The notes beneath the pieces are model-generated. The model saw only the letters and a list, made by a program, of their open reading frames with translations. It had not been told where the DNA came from and made no database searches. From a bacterium (GTDB taxonomy: Bacteria > Arandabacterota > Arandabacteria > Arandabacterales > Arandabacteraceae): DNA of 64,000 bases. Where the stretch lies: assembly GCA_025774845.1 (NCBI GenBank), contig JALGZP010000006.1, forward strand, positions 1,284-65,283, given 5' to 3'. Within the stretch, counting starts at the first letter, position 1, and each line of letters starts with the position of its first letter. Both the position numbers and the translations under genes were made by a program. Of this stretch, positions 48,735 to 57,362 are shown piece after piece.

Positions 48735-49764
48735 ACCCGACAGACTGGCGATCCTCGCAGAGGGAAAACTCGGGCTCCTCACCTCCAAGACTGCGGCAGT
48801 CATCATAAGATACCGGCCCGAACAGGTTGCCTGCGTAATCGACAGTACGAGGAGTGGGCGCACCGTCGGCGATGTCCTGGGGTTCGGGGGAACGATTCCG
48901 GTTGTGGGTTCGCTTGAAGAGGCCATGAAGACGGCCCCCGATTCGCTGTTGATGGGAATCGCACCGAGGGGTGGCGCGCTCCCGCCCGAGTGGCGGCGCA
49001 CCGTGCTTTCGGCCATTGATAACAGGCTGAACGTGATAAGCGGGCTTCACACCTTGCTTGGCGATGACCCCGAGATAGCAGCTCGAGCGCGACGCAGCGA
49101 TGTCGAGATCTGGGATATCCGCAAACCGGTGATACCGGAAGATGTCGCACAGGGAAGACTCAGGGACAAACACGGTCTTGTAGTGCTGACGGTGGGATCG
49201 GACTGCCGCAGCGGCAAGATGACGGTCGCATACGAGCTGACCCGGTCTCTCAACGACAAGGGTGTGGACGCCGAATTCGTGCCGACGGGGCAGACGGGAA
49301 TCCTGCTGGCGGGCTGGGGTGCTGTAGTCGACAGGCTGCCCGGGGACTTCATGTCGCGGGTCGTGGAGGACCTGACGGTTGAGGCCCTTTCCCGTTCGGC
49401 GGTTGCGGTGGTTGAGGGGCAGGGTTCACTCTTGCACCCGGCCTACTCGGGTGTAACACTGGCGCTGATGCACGGATGCTATGCCGATGCGATGATACTA
49501 TGCCACCAGCCGGGCAAGGACGAGATAGAAGGCTACGGGATCAGCATTCCGCCCCTGAACGGGCTCAAGGAAATCTATGAAAAGGCGTGCAAACCGGTCT
49601 TCCCGAGCAGGGTGGTCGCGGTCGCGCTCAATACATATGAACTTGACGAAGACGCCGCGGCGGCAGCCGTCGCCCAAGCCGAAAGTGAGATGGGTCTGCC
49701 TGCCACGGATGTCGTAAGATTTGGATGCGATAGGATTCTCGAAGCCATAAAGGAGATGCTGTGA
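48727..49764 (+). CDS. DUF1611-family protein (DgcN-like)
   Basis: AILAEGKLGLLTSKTAAVIIRY, VLTVGSDCRSGKMTVAYEL (P-loop-like) and VPTGQTGILLAG match what I recall of DUF1611. It overlaps both neighbours. Confidence 0.7.
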   Translation: MFRPDRLAILAEGKLGLLTSKTAAVIIRYRPEQVACVIDSTRSGRTVGDVLGFGGTIPVVGSLEEAMKTAPDSLLMGIAPRGGALPPEWRRTVLSAIDNRLNVISGLHTLLGDDPEIAARARRSDVEIWDIRKPVIPEDVAQGRLRDKHGLVVLTVGSDCRSGKMTVAYELTRSLNDKGVDAEFVPTGQTGILLAGWGAVVDRLPGDFMSRVVEDLTVEALSRSAVAVVEGQGSLLHPAYSGVTLALMHGCYADAMILCHQPGKDEIEGYGISIPPLNGLKEIYEKACKPVFPSRVVAVALNTYELDEDAAAAAVAQAESEMGLPATDVVRFGCDRILEAIKEML

Positions 49765-50777
49765 AAGTCCGGTTGATGACCTACGATCTGGATCTTGAGG
49801 TCCCCTTTGCGATTGCGAGAGGTACCACCTCTGTCCACAGGATATGTGTTGCCGAGATTGACTGTGATGGCATCAAGGGCTATGGCGAGGCCTCTCCCTC
49901 GAGATACTACGGTGACGATCCGGACAAGGCCTGCGAGACCATACTGGGCTCGGAGGACCTGATCGGGGATGATCCCTTCGCAACAGAGGTTATAGTGCGG
50001 AAGCTCGAGCAGCAGTTCCCGGCCAGCCCATCCGGCCGTGCCGCTGTGGAGGCCGCGCTTCTTGACATCTGTGGCAAGATCGCGGGGCAGCCCTTGTATA
50101 AGCTCCTGGGACTGTCGGGTGGGGACCTGCCCGTCACCTCTCTCACGGTCGGTGTGGAAGACGTCAGCTCGGCCGGCGGGAGGATCGACTTCCTGAGAAC
50201 GTTCCCGATCCTCAAGGCAAAGGTCGGATTCGGCGATGAACGCGCGCTTCTCCGTCTCCTCAAGGAGGAAACCGGTGCTGTACTCCGGGTGGATGCAAAC
50301 GAGGGCTGGTCGGTTGATGAGGCGGTCGAGAAAATCGACTCCTACGGCAGGGAATTCTCGATCGAGTATTTCGAACAACCCCTTCCAAAAGGGGATCGTG
50401 AGGGATACAGGATATTGAGGGAGAAGACCGGCGCGACCATCATTGTTGACGAGAGTGTCGCCTGCAAGGAAGACGTTCTTGAATGGCGCGGATTGGCCGA
50501 CGGCGTGAATATAAAGCTGATGAAATCGGGGGGGATACGCGAAGCGATGCGGATGATCACAGTTGCGAGGGCGGCAGGTCTCAGCGTGATGCTGGGCTGC
50601 ATGGTTGAGAGTTCGCTTGGTATCACAGCCGCAGCCCACTTAGCATCCCTTGCAGATTATTGCGATCTTGATGGAAATCTGCTCATCAGTAACGACCCCT
50701 TCAACGGCGTAAAAGCGCTTGGTGGCAGGCTCAGCCTCTCAGACAAGCCCGGTCTGGGCGTAAATCCCACCGTTTAG
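49761..50777 (+). CDS. dipeptide epimerase of the enolase superfamily (L-Ala-D/L-Glu epimerase-like)
   Basis: ILKAKVG, LRVDANEGWS, IEYFEQPLP, IIVDESV, NIKLMKSGGI and MLGCMVES give the MR/MLE-type K-x-K, D/E/D metal ligands and second catalytic Lys. Confidence 0.85.
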   Translation: MKVRLMTYDLDLEVPFAIARGTTSVHRICVAEIDCDGIKGYGEASPSRYYGDDPDKACETILGSEDLIGDDPFATEVIVRKLEQQFPASPSGRAAVEAALLDICGKIAGQPLYKLLGLSGGDLPVTSLTVGVEDVSSAGGRIDFLRTFPILKAKVGFGDERALLRLLKEETGAVLRVDANEGWSVDEAVEKIDSYGREFSIEYFEQPLPKGDREGYRILREKTGATIIVDESVACKEDVLEWRGLADGVNIKLMKSGGIREAMRMITVARAAGLSVMLGCMVESSLGITAAAHLASLADYCDLDGNLLISNDPFNGVKALGGRLSLSDKPGLGVNPTV

Positions 50778-50914
50778 CAGTAATCCCCTCAATAGCAGTT
50801 TTGCTCACCTTTATATGCAGTCGAATTCTGCTAAAGATCGTCAAGGCATGGCCGATATCGTCAGAAGGGATTTCATTGGTATATCAATTCTAGGAACCGG
50901 AGGAGAGGTGTGTT

Positions 50915-53524
50915 ATGAGAATAAGAACACTGTGTTCTGTCGTCGCGTTTGGAGCGCTTTTTATTGCCTGCAGTCTTTACGCGGGGACAACCGGCAAGAT
51001 CGCCGGAATGGTTTTCGACAGCGACACCGGTGAACCGCTGACCGCGGTAAACGTCATCGTCGAAGGAACCCAGCTGGGCGGGATCACAAACCTCGAAGGA
51101 CTCTATCACATCGTCAATGTACCACCCGGTGCCTACGCGGTGAAGGCGACCATGATGGGTTACCAGGCGGTTTTACAGCACGAGGTAGACGTCAGCACCG
51201 ATCTCACGAGTACGCTGGACTTCGCGCTCAACCCAACAGTCCTCGATGTGGTTCCGGAGATCGTTGTCACCGCCGACAGACCCATGATCCGGAAAGATAT
51301 GACCTCTTCGGTCAGTATCATCGAGCATGAAGAGATCGCGATGCTCCCGATCGAGTCACCGTTTGACATCGTGAGTTTCCAGGCGGGGGCTGCGGTTGAC
51401 AGACGTGGAATTCACGTCAGGGGCGGTCGTGAAAACGAGATCGCATATACCGTCAACGGCGCATCGATCCTCGACCCTGTTTTTTCAAGAGCATCGGCCA
51501 GCTATGACGAGTCCGCAATTCAGGAGATGGTCATCCTCAGTGGTGGCTTTACCCCCGAGTATGGAAACGCGCAATCGGGGATAGTCAACGTGATCACAAA
51601 GGAAGGCGGTCTCGATTTCAAAGGAGAAATCGAGAAGAGCTTCTACCTGCCTATGGAGGCACTGTGGAGAGACGCCGACGATGCCCGCGAATACGACACG
51701 GGCTTCAGTACGACGAAGCTCACGCTGAGCGGACCCTCCCCGTGGACACGCAAGATGAGATTCTTCGTTTCGGGCGAGACCTCGAAGTGGGACGATTGGG
51801 ATCCGCACATACATGTCCTGCCCAATCAGGGAAGGGACCTGGACCAGGTGATATGGAAGCTGACCGGATTTCCGGGACGTGATTTCAAGGTATACTGCGA
51901 GGGACTCTTCTATGACACCCAGTTCAATGCCTGGGACGCGCAGCGGCAGAAGCTTCCCGAGACATTTCTCGGTTACGACCGTAGAACACTCGTAGGCATG
52001 CTCGGAATGAGTCATATGATAAGTCATGACACCTACTATGACTTGTCCCTGTCGAGGTTCACCACGAGCTACCATGTTGCCCAGCCGGGCAAGTGGTGGG
52101 ATCTGTCGAGGTCGCAGGCCTGGAATACGACACCGGCTTCCGAGGGTGGTGGCGGTCTCGATCTTCAGCCCGAGTATGACGAGGACAACTACATTATAGG
52201 TGGGGACAATCCCCTGTTCCATGATTCGGAATCTACGATTTACAGTGTGAGATCCAGTATTACGAGCCAGGTCAATGAGCACCATCAGGTCAAGGTCGGT
52301 GGCGAATACTCCCAGTATGACACACGTCATCAGGAAGTATATGCACCTGCCGGCAACGTCTATCGCAATGACTATGACGTGGATCCTGTCTGCGGCGTTG
52401 CATACATCCAGGACAAGGTGGAGTACAGCGGCCTGGTCATCAATGCAGGAGTCAGGCTCGACTTCTTCAATCCCAGTTTCAAGATACCGTCGGATCCGAC
52501 CTACCCGTGGCCGGATTCAATCCAGGTACCCGGCCCCGGAAGTGGGGGTCCGGACAATACCGAACCACCGCTCCACAATCTGACAGATGCCTCCATAAAG
52601 TACCAGGTGAGTCCGAGGTTGGGAATGTCGCATCCGGTTTCCGAAAGAACGGTGCTTCACTTCACTTATGGACACTATTTCCAGGTACCCGCATACAGTT
52701 ACCTCTACAGCAACACCAAGTATGATATGGGCGGCCACTGGCCGTTGATCGGAAACCCCGATCTCGAGCCCGAGAGGACCGTTTCTTACGAGGTCGGTGT
52801 TGAACACCTGATATCCGATGGTCTGATGATCGACCTCACCGGCTTTTACAAGGACATCGATAATCTTCTCTCAACGGTGGTCGTGAACGACAGCCGGTAT
52901 CCGGATCCGGATCATCCGAACGCCACGGAGTACACGACGTACCGCAACACTGATTGGGGTAACGTCAGGGGCTTCGAGGTCACGACACAGCAGAAATTCC
53001 GGGAAGACTGGATGGGAAGGCTGATCTATACCTACATGATCGCAAAGGGTCGTAGCTCCGATGTGATCGAGGGTTATCTCAACCGGTTCGATGACAATGT
53101 CCCGCCGTCGAAGGAATACTACCTTGACTGGGACAGGCGCCACAGTCTGGTGTTTGACATCGGGTACGGCCGGAAGGACAACTGGGCGGCGAACGTGCTG
53201 GTCAAGTACGCTTCAGGTGCGCCCTACACGCCCGCGGAGAATACAAGGTCGGCCCAGCCGGAACAGAACACGGCGAGGTTCCCCTCGACGTCCCTGGTCA
53301 ATGTGAAGCTCTCCAAGGACTTCCATTTCCGCAATCTGACCCAGCAACTCTATCTGCAGATTCACAATCTTTTCGATAAACGCAATCTGGTCGGTTTCGA
53401 TGATAGCAACACCGATCTGATGAGACACCTGAGGTTCCATGGGGAATACACAGGTCCGTATGATGACGTTACTGTTTTCGGCTCGCCCAGGGAAATAAGA
53501 GCCGGAGTGAAGCTGGGATTCTAG
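50915..53524 (+). CDS. TonB-dependent-receptor-like outer membrane barrel with carboxypeptidase-regulatory-like domain (cassette B)
   Basis: GKIAGMVFDSDTGEPLTAVNVIVEGT...PPGAYAVKATMMGY, IHVRGGRENEIAYTVNGASI and LSGGFTPEYGNAQSGIVNVITKEGG. Ends AGVKLGF. Paralog of 30980-33721. Confidence 0.85.
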   Translation: MRIRTLCSVVAFGALFIACSLYAGTTGKIAGMVFDSDTGEPLTAVNVIVEGTQLGGITNLEGLYHIVNVPPGAYAVKATMMGYQAVLQHEVDVSTDLTSTLDFALNPTVLDVVPEIVVTADRPMIRKDMTSSVSIIEHEEIAMLPIESPFDIVSFQAGAAVDRRGIHVRGGRENEIAYTVNGASILDPVFSRASASYDESAIQEMVILSGGFTPEYGNAQSGIVNVITKEGGLDFKGEIEKSFYLPMEALWRDADDAREYDTGFSTTKLTLSGPSPWTRKMRFFVSGETSKWDDWDPHIHVLPNQGRDLDQVIWKLTGFPGRDFKVYCEGLFYDTQFNAWDAQRQKLPETFLGYDRRTLVGMLGMSHMISHDTYYDLSLSRFTTSYHVAQPGKWWDLSRSQAWNTTPASEGGGGLDLQPEYDEDNYIIGGDNPLFHDSESTIYSVRSSITSQVNEHHQVKVGGEYSQYDTRHQEVYAPAGNVYRNDYDVDPVCGVAYIQDKVEYSGLVINAGVRLDFFNPSFKIPSDPTYPWPDSIQVPGPGSGGPDNTEPPLHNLTDASIKYQVSPRLGMSHPVSERTVLHFTYGHYFQVPAYSYLYSNTKYDMGGHWPLIGNPDLEPERTVSYEVGVEHLISDGLMIDLTGFYKDIDNLLSTVVVNDSRYPDPDHPNATEYTTYRNTDWGNVRGFEVTTQQKFREDWMGRLIYTYMIAKGRSSDVIEGYLNRFDDNVPPSKEYYLDWDRRHSLVFDIGYGRKDNWAANVLVKYASGAPYTPAENTRSAQPEQNTARFPSTSLVNVKLSKDFHFRNLTQQLYLQIHNLFDKRNLVGFDDSNTDLMRHLRFHGEYTGPYDDVTVFGSPREIRAGVKLGF

Positions 53525-53539
53525 GATTGGAGGACTGAA

Positions 53540-55426
53540 ATGAAGCTCAGGAAAGCTATCCCAATCTGCACCATCGTGTTTCTGCTGATTTCTATTAAGG
53601 CCGGAGCGTGGGATGAAGATGTGATCGAACGGTTCGGTCCTCCCGGCTCGCGGGATGGTGAGTTTGCGACAATGGCACCGTGTGTAGGTGCCGACTTCAG
53701 CTACATGCTCGGTGATCTGTGGTTCCCGCAGATCTATACCATCGGTATCTGTATGTACACGGGCTTCTATCCGGGTTCATCGGGCAACGAACAGGTGTTT
53801 CAGGCCGGACCGTGGGCGGGCGGATACGTCGTCGGCGGCGAAGGGGGAGAGCCCTATACGGCCATAGGAACCTTCGACCAGCTGGACTTCCTGATGTATG
53901 ACTCCGTCTGCAGTGGTTTCAATGTTGCGCAGCCGGGGAACAGCTCCATGGACCTCGAAAGCACCTTTGATACGGGCTACTCGCCCCAGGATCTGGGTAT
54001 GAAGGTCACGCTTCGGTACATGATGTGGGAAGACCCGCGGCTTGACGACTTCATCCTGATCCGGGCCGACCTTGAGTTTACGAAGTCGGTTCAGCACTTC
54101 TGGTGGGGCTGGATGTCGGACTGCGATATGGGCAACAACGACCTGCCTGATTACTACTATGACGATCTCGTCGGGTATGACGAGACGCGGGGTGTCGCCT
54201 ATATGTACGATGACGACGGTGATCCGGCCGATGAGTCCGACAAGAACAGCAAGCTACTGTCACCGACCCACATAGGGCAGATGCTCCTGTCGGGCCCTCC
54301 GCCAGGCGGCAGCATAACGGAGACCCCGGTTACCGGTGTTTCGTGGGAGACCGTGACATGGTGGGACTGGAATAACGATGTGACCAGTGGGGCTTCTGCA
54401 TATGACAGACTGTCCCAGGGCACCGTTAAGGCCCCGCCTGACATACCCTTTGACTACAGAATGATGACGGCAATAGGGCCTTACGACGTCGAGGCAGGCG
54501 ACCAGACTACGTTCTATTTCGCCATGGTCTTCGGCGAGGGGCTCGACGCCAGTTTCTGGTCGAGGAGAGCCAGAGCCGGTGCTGAAGTCTCCACTCTCGG
54601 ATCGATGATGGAGCACGTCGATAACCTCAAGACCTTCTTCTCGAACGGATTCGTGATGGATGATTTCGCTCCCAACGCTCCGACACTTGACGAACCCCTG
54701 CTTACCGGCAGAGAGGTGGCTCTGGAGTGGTCATCGACTTCCGAGGAGGACGATGATTTCGCCGGATACCGGCTCTACAACAGCCTGGTCTCGAGTACGG
54801 GGCCATGGCAGCTGATAAGGGACTTCGAGGGCAGACCGTTCGTCAACAGCGCGGCTGACACTGTACGGATAGGTTTTCCGTCATTCTACCTTGTCACCGC
54901 CTATGACGCTGCAGGCAACGAATCGACACGCGGTAGCGCATATACCAAGACTCTCGACGGCGTCTACGCTACGCCGCTGCCGTCCGATTTCGATGGTGAC
55001 TGTGCCGGCCACTGCGAGGAAATGTGCCAGGAATGCCCGGACTGTTTCGATGAGTGCATGAGAAATTGCATGGAACAGGCCATTGCAGGCGCCCTCGACG
55101 GCATTATAGTGTCACCCAATCCTTACAGGGGAAGCGCGGACTGGGAGAGGCTCGACTACGAAGGCCGAATCTCGTTCTACAATCTACCGAAGCGGTGCAC
55201 CGTATATATCTACTCCATGACCGGTGAGCTGGTCGATGTGGTCTATCACAACGTTTCAGGTGATGAGACTCCGGATCCCGGTGGTAGCGAGACCGGGGGA
55301 GAAAGATGGGACATGCTCACCTCCAACAACCAGTCGATTGCTAGCGGAATATATATTTACAGGGTTGCGAGTCGTGAATACGGGGAGAAAATCGGGAAGT
55401 TTGCGGTAATCAAAGGTGAACGATGA
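53540..55426 (+). CDS. secreted protein with acidic region, FN3-like region, Cys-rich knot and T9SS-type C-terminal domain (cassette B)
   Basis: Signal peptide MKLRKAIPICTIVFLLISIKAGA. It shares blocks with 33744-35876: GPWAGG/GLWVGG, AYMYDDDGD/YMYDAEGGDDGD, YRMMTAIGPY/YRFLVSAGPF and FYLVTAYDAAGNES/YWYAVTAFDNGS. CTD: ISFYNLPKRCTVYIYSMTGELV...ASGIYIYRV...GKFAVIKGER. Confidence 0.75.
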   Translation: MKLRKAIPICTIVFLLISIKAGAWDEDVIERFGPPGSRDGEFATMAPCVGADFSYMLGDLWFPQIYTIGICMYTGFYPGSSGNEQVFQAGPWAGGYVVGGEGGEPYTAIGTFDQLDFLMYDSVCSGFNVAQPGNSSMDLESTFDTGYSPQDLGMKVTLRYMMWEDPRLDDFILIRADLEFTKSVQHFWWGWMSDCDMGNNDLPDYYYDDLVGYDETRGVAYMYDDDGDPADESDKNSKLLSPTHIGQMLLSGPPPGGSITETPVTGVSWETVTWWDWNNDVTSGASAYDRLSQGTVKAPPDIPFDYRMMTAIGPYDVEAGDQTTFYFAMVFGEGLDASFWSRRARAGAEVSTLGSMMEHVDNLKTFFSNGFVMDDFAPNAPTLDEPLLTGREVALEWSSTSEEDDDFAGYRLYNSLVSSTGPWQLIRDFEGRPFVNSAADTVRIGFPSFYLVTAYDAAGNESTRGSAYTKTLDGVYATPLPSDFDGDCAGHCEEMCQECPDCFDECMRNCMEQAIAGALDGIIVSPNPYRGSADWERLDYEGRISFYNLPKRCTVYIYSMTGELVDVVYHNVSGDETPDPGGSETGGERWDMLTSNNQSIASGIYIYRVASREYGEKIGKFAVIKGER

Positions 55427-55449
55427 TCGGTTCGGAGGAGGCCTTGATC

Positions 55450-56436
55450 ATGAAATTGATGAGTGCAGTCATAACGGTTGTGTGCTTGGTTGCGGTGTCG
55501 GTGCCTTGCTACGCCCTGATGGACAAAGTCGGTACGGCAGGGGCCCTCTTCCTCAAGATCGGGATGGACCCCAGAAGTGTAGCCATGGGAGAGGCCTCCG
55601 GGGCGGCTGTTGGACATGCTTCAGCAGCTTTCGCAAACCCGGCCGGGCTTGCGGGGATTGAGTCCAGGCAGATCTACATCACCGACACGGAATGGATTGC
55701 GGACATAAGAATGCTGGGTGGGGTATACGCATTCCCGTATACCAATTACGGAGTAATAGCGCTGAGCGGTATCGCCGTGAACTACGGTGAGATGCCGATG
55801 GTGAGGGAGGAAGAGGCCGACGTCATCGTGGAGTACTTCAGCCCGCAGGACATCGCACTGGGGATCTCCTACGCCCGGACATGGACTGACAGGCTGATGG
55901 TCGGCGGGTCGTTGAAATACATCGACCAGGCCATCGCGGACTTCCACTCGCGGGGCTTTGCCTTCGATTTCGGTACCATATACCATACCGGATACAGATC
56001 GCTGAGACTGGCGATGGCGACCAACAACTTCGGTCCCGACATGCGCTTCGACGGCACCTATGTCGACAAGTACTACATCGGAACAGCATACGTGGAGTCG
56101 GAGAAGACGTTCGGAGAATACGATCTGCCTCTGAACTTCAGGTTCGGGCTGGCATATGATTTCGACCTGTCGACTGCCGGCAGACTGACCGCCGCGCTTG
56201 ATGCAACCCATCCGAATGACTATTCGGAGCGGATACACCTGGGTGCGGAATACGCGTGGTCGGAGATGTTATTCCTGAGAAGCGGATATACCTTCAATGC
56301 GGAGGAGATGGGTTTTGCAGGGGGCTGCGGAATAAAGTTGACGACGTCGATGGGAGTCGGTTCGGTGGACTACGCCTATACCGATCATGGTGTCTTCAGC
56401 GGTGTCCACAGACTCTCCCTGGGTATCTCCTTCTAG
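55450..56436 (+). CDS. PorV/PorQ-like outer membrane beta-barrel (cassette B)
   Basis: Signal peptide MKLMSAVITVVCLVAVSVPCYA, then GTAGALFLKIGMDPRSVAMGEASGAAVGHASAAFANPAGLAGI. Ends LSLGISF. The ORF track starts at 55423, overlapping the preceding stop. Confidence 0.7.
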   Translation: MKLMSAVITVVCLVAVSVPCYALMDKVGTAGALFLKIGMDPRSVAMGEASGAAVGHASAAFANPAGLAGIESRQIYITDTEWIADIRMLGGVYAFPYTNYGVIALSGIAVNYGEMPMVREEEADVIVEYFSPQDIALGISYARTWTDRLMVGGSLKYIDQAIADFHSRGFAFDFGTIYHTGYRSLRLAMATNNFGPDMRFDGTYVDKYYIGTAYVESEKTFGEYDLPLNFRFGLAYDFDLSTAGRLTAALDATHPNDYSERIHLGAEYAWSEMLFLRSGYTFNAEEMGFAGGCGIKLTTSMGVGSVDYAYTDHGVFSGVHRLSLGISF

Positions 56437-56460
56437 AATACAAACCAGCACCACGAGGTA

Positions 56461-56494
56461 GCGCCGGGTCCCTGTGCCCGGCGTTACTTGTTTC
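56461..56494 (+). terminator. rho-independent terminator after PorV-like gene B
   Basis: GCGCCGGG-TCCCTGT-GCCCGGCG forms an 8-bp GC stem, followed by the T-rich TTACTTGTTTC. Confidence 0.6.
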
Positions 56495-56500
56495 CCTGAA

Positions 56501-56571
56501 CGCCGGCGCGCCCTTCGTTCCGCTTGCTCAAACTGCAGGCATTCGCTTGCGGTCCGAAGGGCTCACCAGCG
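56501..56571 (-). repeat. intergenic hairpin repeat, copy 2 (inverted orientation)
   Basis: The reverse complement CGCTGGTGAGCCCTTCGGACCGCAAGCGAATGCCTGCAGTTTGAGCAAGCGGAACGAAGGGCGCGCCGGCG aligns with 376-444. The loop core is the same. The inner stem is CCCTTCG/CGAAGGG instead of CCTCTTGG/CCAAGAGG. Confidence 0.6.
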
Positions 56572-56645
56572 ATGCCATGCTCACCGGATTATCTTGACTT
56601 CTCGAGCACGCGGTGGTACTAGTGTGCCCGACTGGAGGTGGTTTT

Positions 56646-57263
56646 TTGGCAGAGATACGAAGGATCTATAAGCTCAGGCAGGGTCGGATCATAGATGGCG
56701 TTTGTGGAGGAGTCGCCGCATATCTCGACATAGACTCGATATGGGTCCGAATAGGCTGGGGGGCGCTGAGTCTTGCAGGAGGCATCGGTCTCATAGCATA
56801 CCTTCTCGGGATGTACCTCTTTCCCAGGATCGAGGAGGGTACCGAAAAACCAGCACCTGCAGGACGATCATCAGGCCTGCTGGTCGGCGGCATTCTGCTG
56901 ATCTCGGTCGCGGTGCTTCTGTTCCTCAGAGTATTCGGATTCATGCGGTACGGCTTCTGGGGGGCGTGGCACGTCGCGTGGGTCATTCTGTGGCCGCTCT
57001 CGCTGATTGCGGGTGGCGCCTTTCTACTTTTCGTCTACTGGAAGCAGGGCGTCGAAGAGCGCCCGCGCCTGCGGCGAGCGGCAGGGGACAAGATGCTGCT
57101 TGGTGTGTGCAGCGGGCTAGCGGAGTTCTTCAAGACCGACCCCAATCTGGTCCGGTTCCTGTTTGCCCTGGTCATACTGCTGTCCCGAGGTGTGGGACTG
57201 ATTGCTTACGTTGTAATCGGGCTGCTGAGCCCCGGGGATGGAAGCGAATCCGAGGAGGCATAG
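56646..57263 (+). CDS. PspC-domain membrane protein (two PspC domains)
   Basis: RIYKLRQGRIIDGVCGGVAAYLDIDSIWVRIGW and GDKMLLGVCSGLAEFFKTDPNLVRFLFAL. The likely TTG start at 56646 lies 7 nt after GGAGG. The ORF is open from 56613. Confidence 0.75.
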   Translation: MAEIRRIYKLRQGRIIDGVCGGVAAYLDIDSIWVRIGWGALSLAGGIGLIAYLLGMYLFPRIEEGTEKPAPAGRSSGLLVGGILLISVAVLLFLRVFGFMRYGFWGAWHVAWVILWPLSLIAGGAFLLFVYWKQGVEERPRLRRAAGDKMLLGVCSGLAEFFKTDPNLVRFLFALVILLSRGVGLIAYVVIGLLSPGDGSESEEA

Positions 57264-57281
57264 AGGGCCTTTCGGACCTCT
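57262..57281. terminator. short hairpin between convergent genes
   Basis: AGAGGGCC-TTTC-GGACCTCT forms a 7-bp stem with one mismatch, directly after the PspC-gene stop. No clear T-tract. Confidence 0.3.
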
Positions 57282-57362
57282 GACCCGGTTCAGTGGATGT
57301 GCACAACCGGTCTTGATGCGCAGCAGGGCCCCTGGGACTACGAGTGACTCATCTCTACGGGG

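Noticed and set aside
49575-50639. 354-aa minus-strand ORF
   Set aside because: It is antisense to the enolase-superfamily epimerase and the DUF1611 genes, both of which have strong family motifs. The composition is typical of a GC-rich shadow ORF.
51485-52330. 281-aa minus-strand ORF, and the similar 55621-56238 ORF
   Set aside because: They are shadow ORFs opposite cassette B genes, whose plus-strand translations have clear homology to cassette A.
56702-57283. 193-aa alternative-frame ORF over the PspC-domain gene
   Set aside because: Its translation is Arg-rich low-complexity sequence, whereas the other frame contains two recognisable PspC domains.
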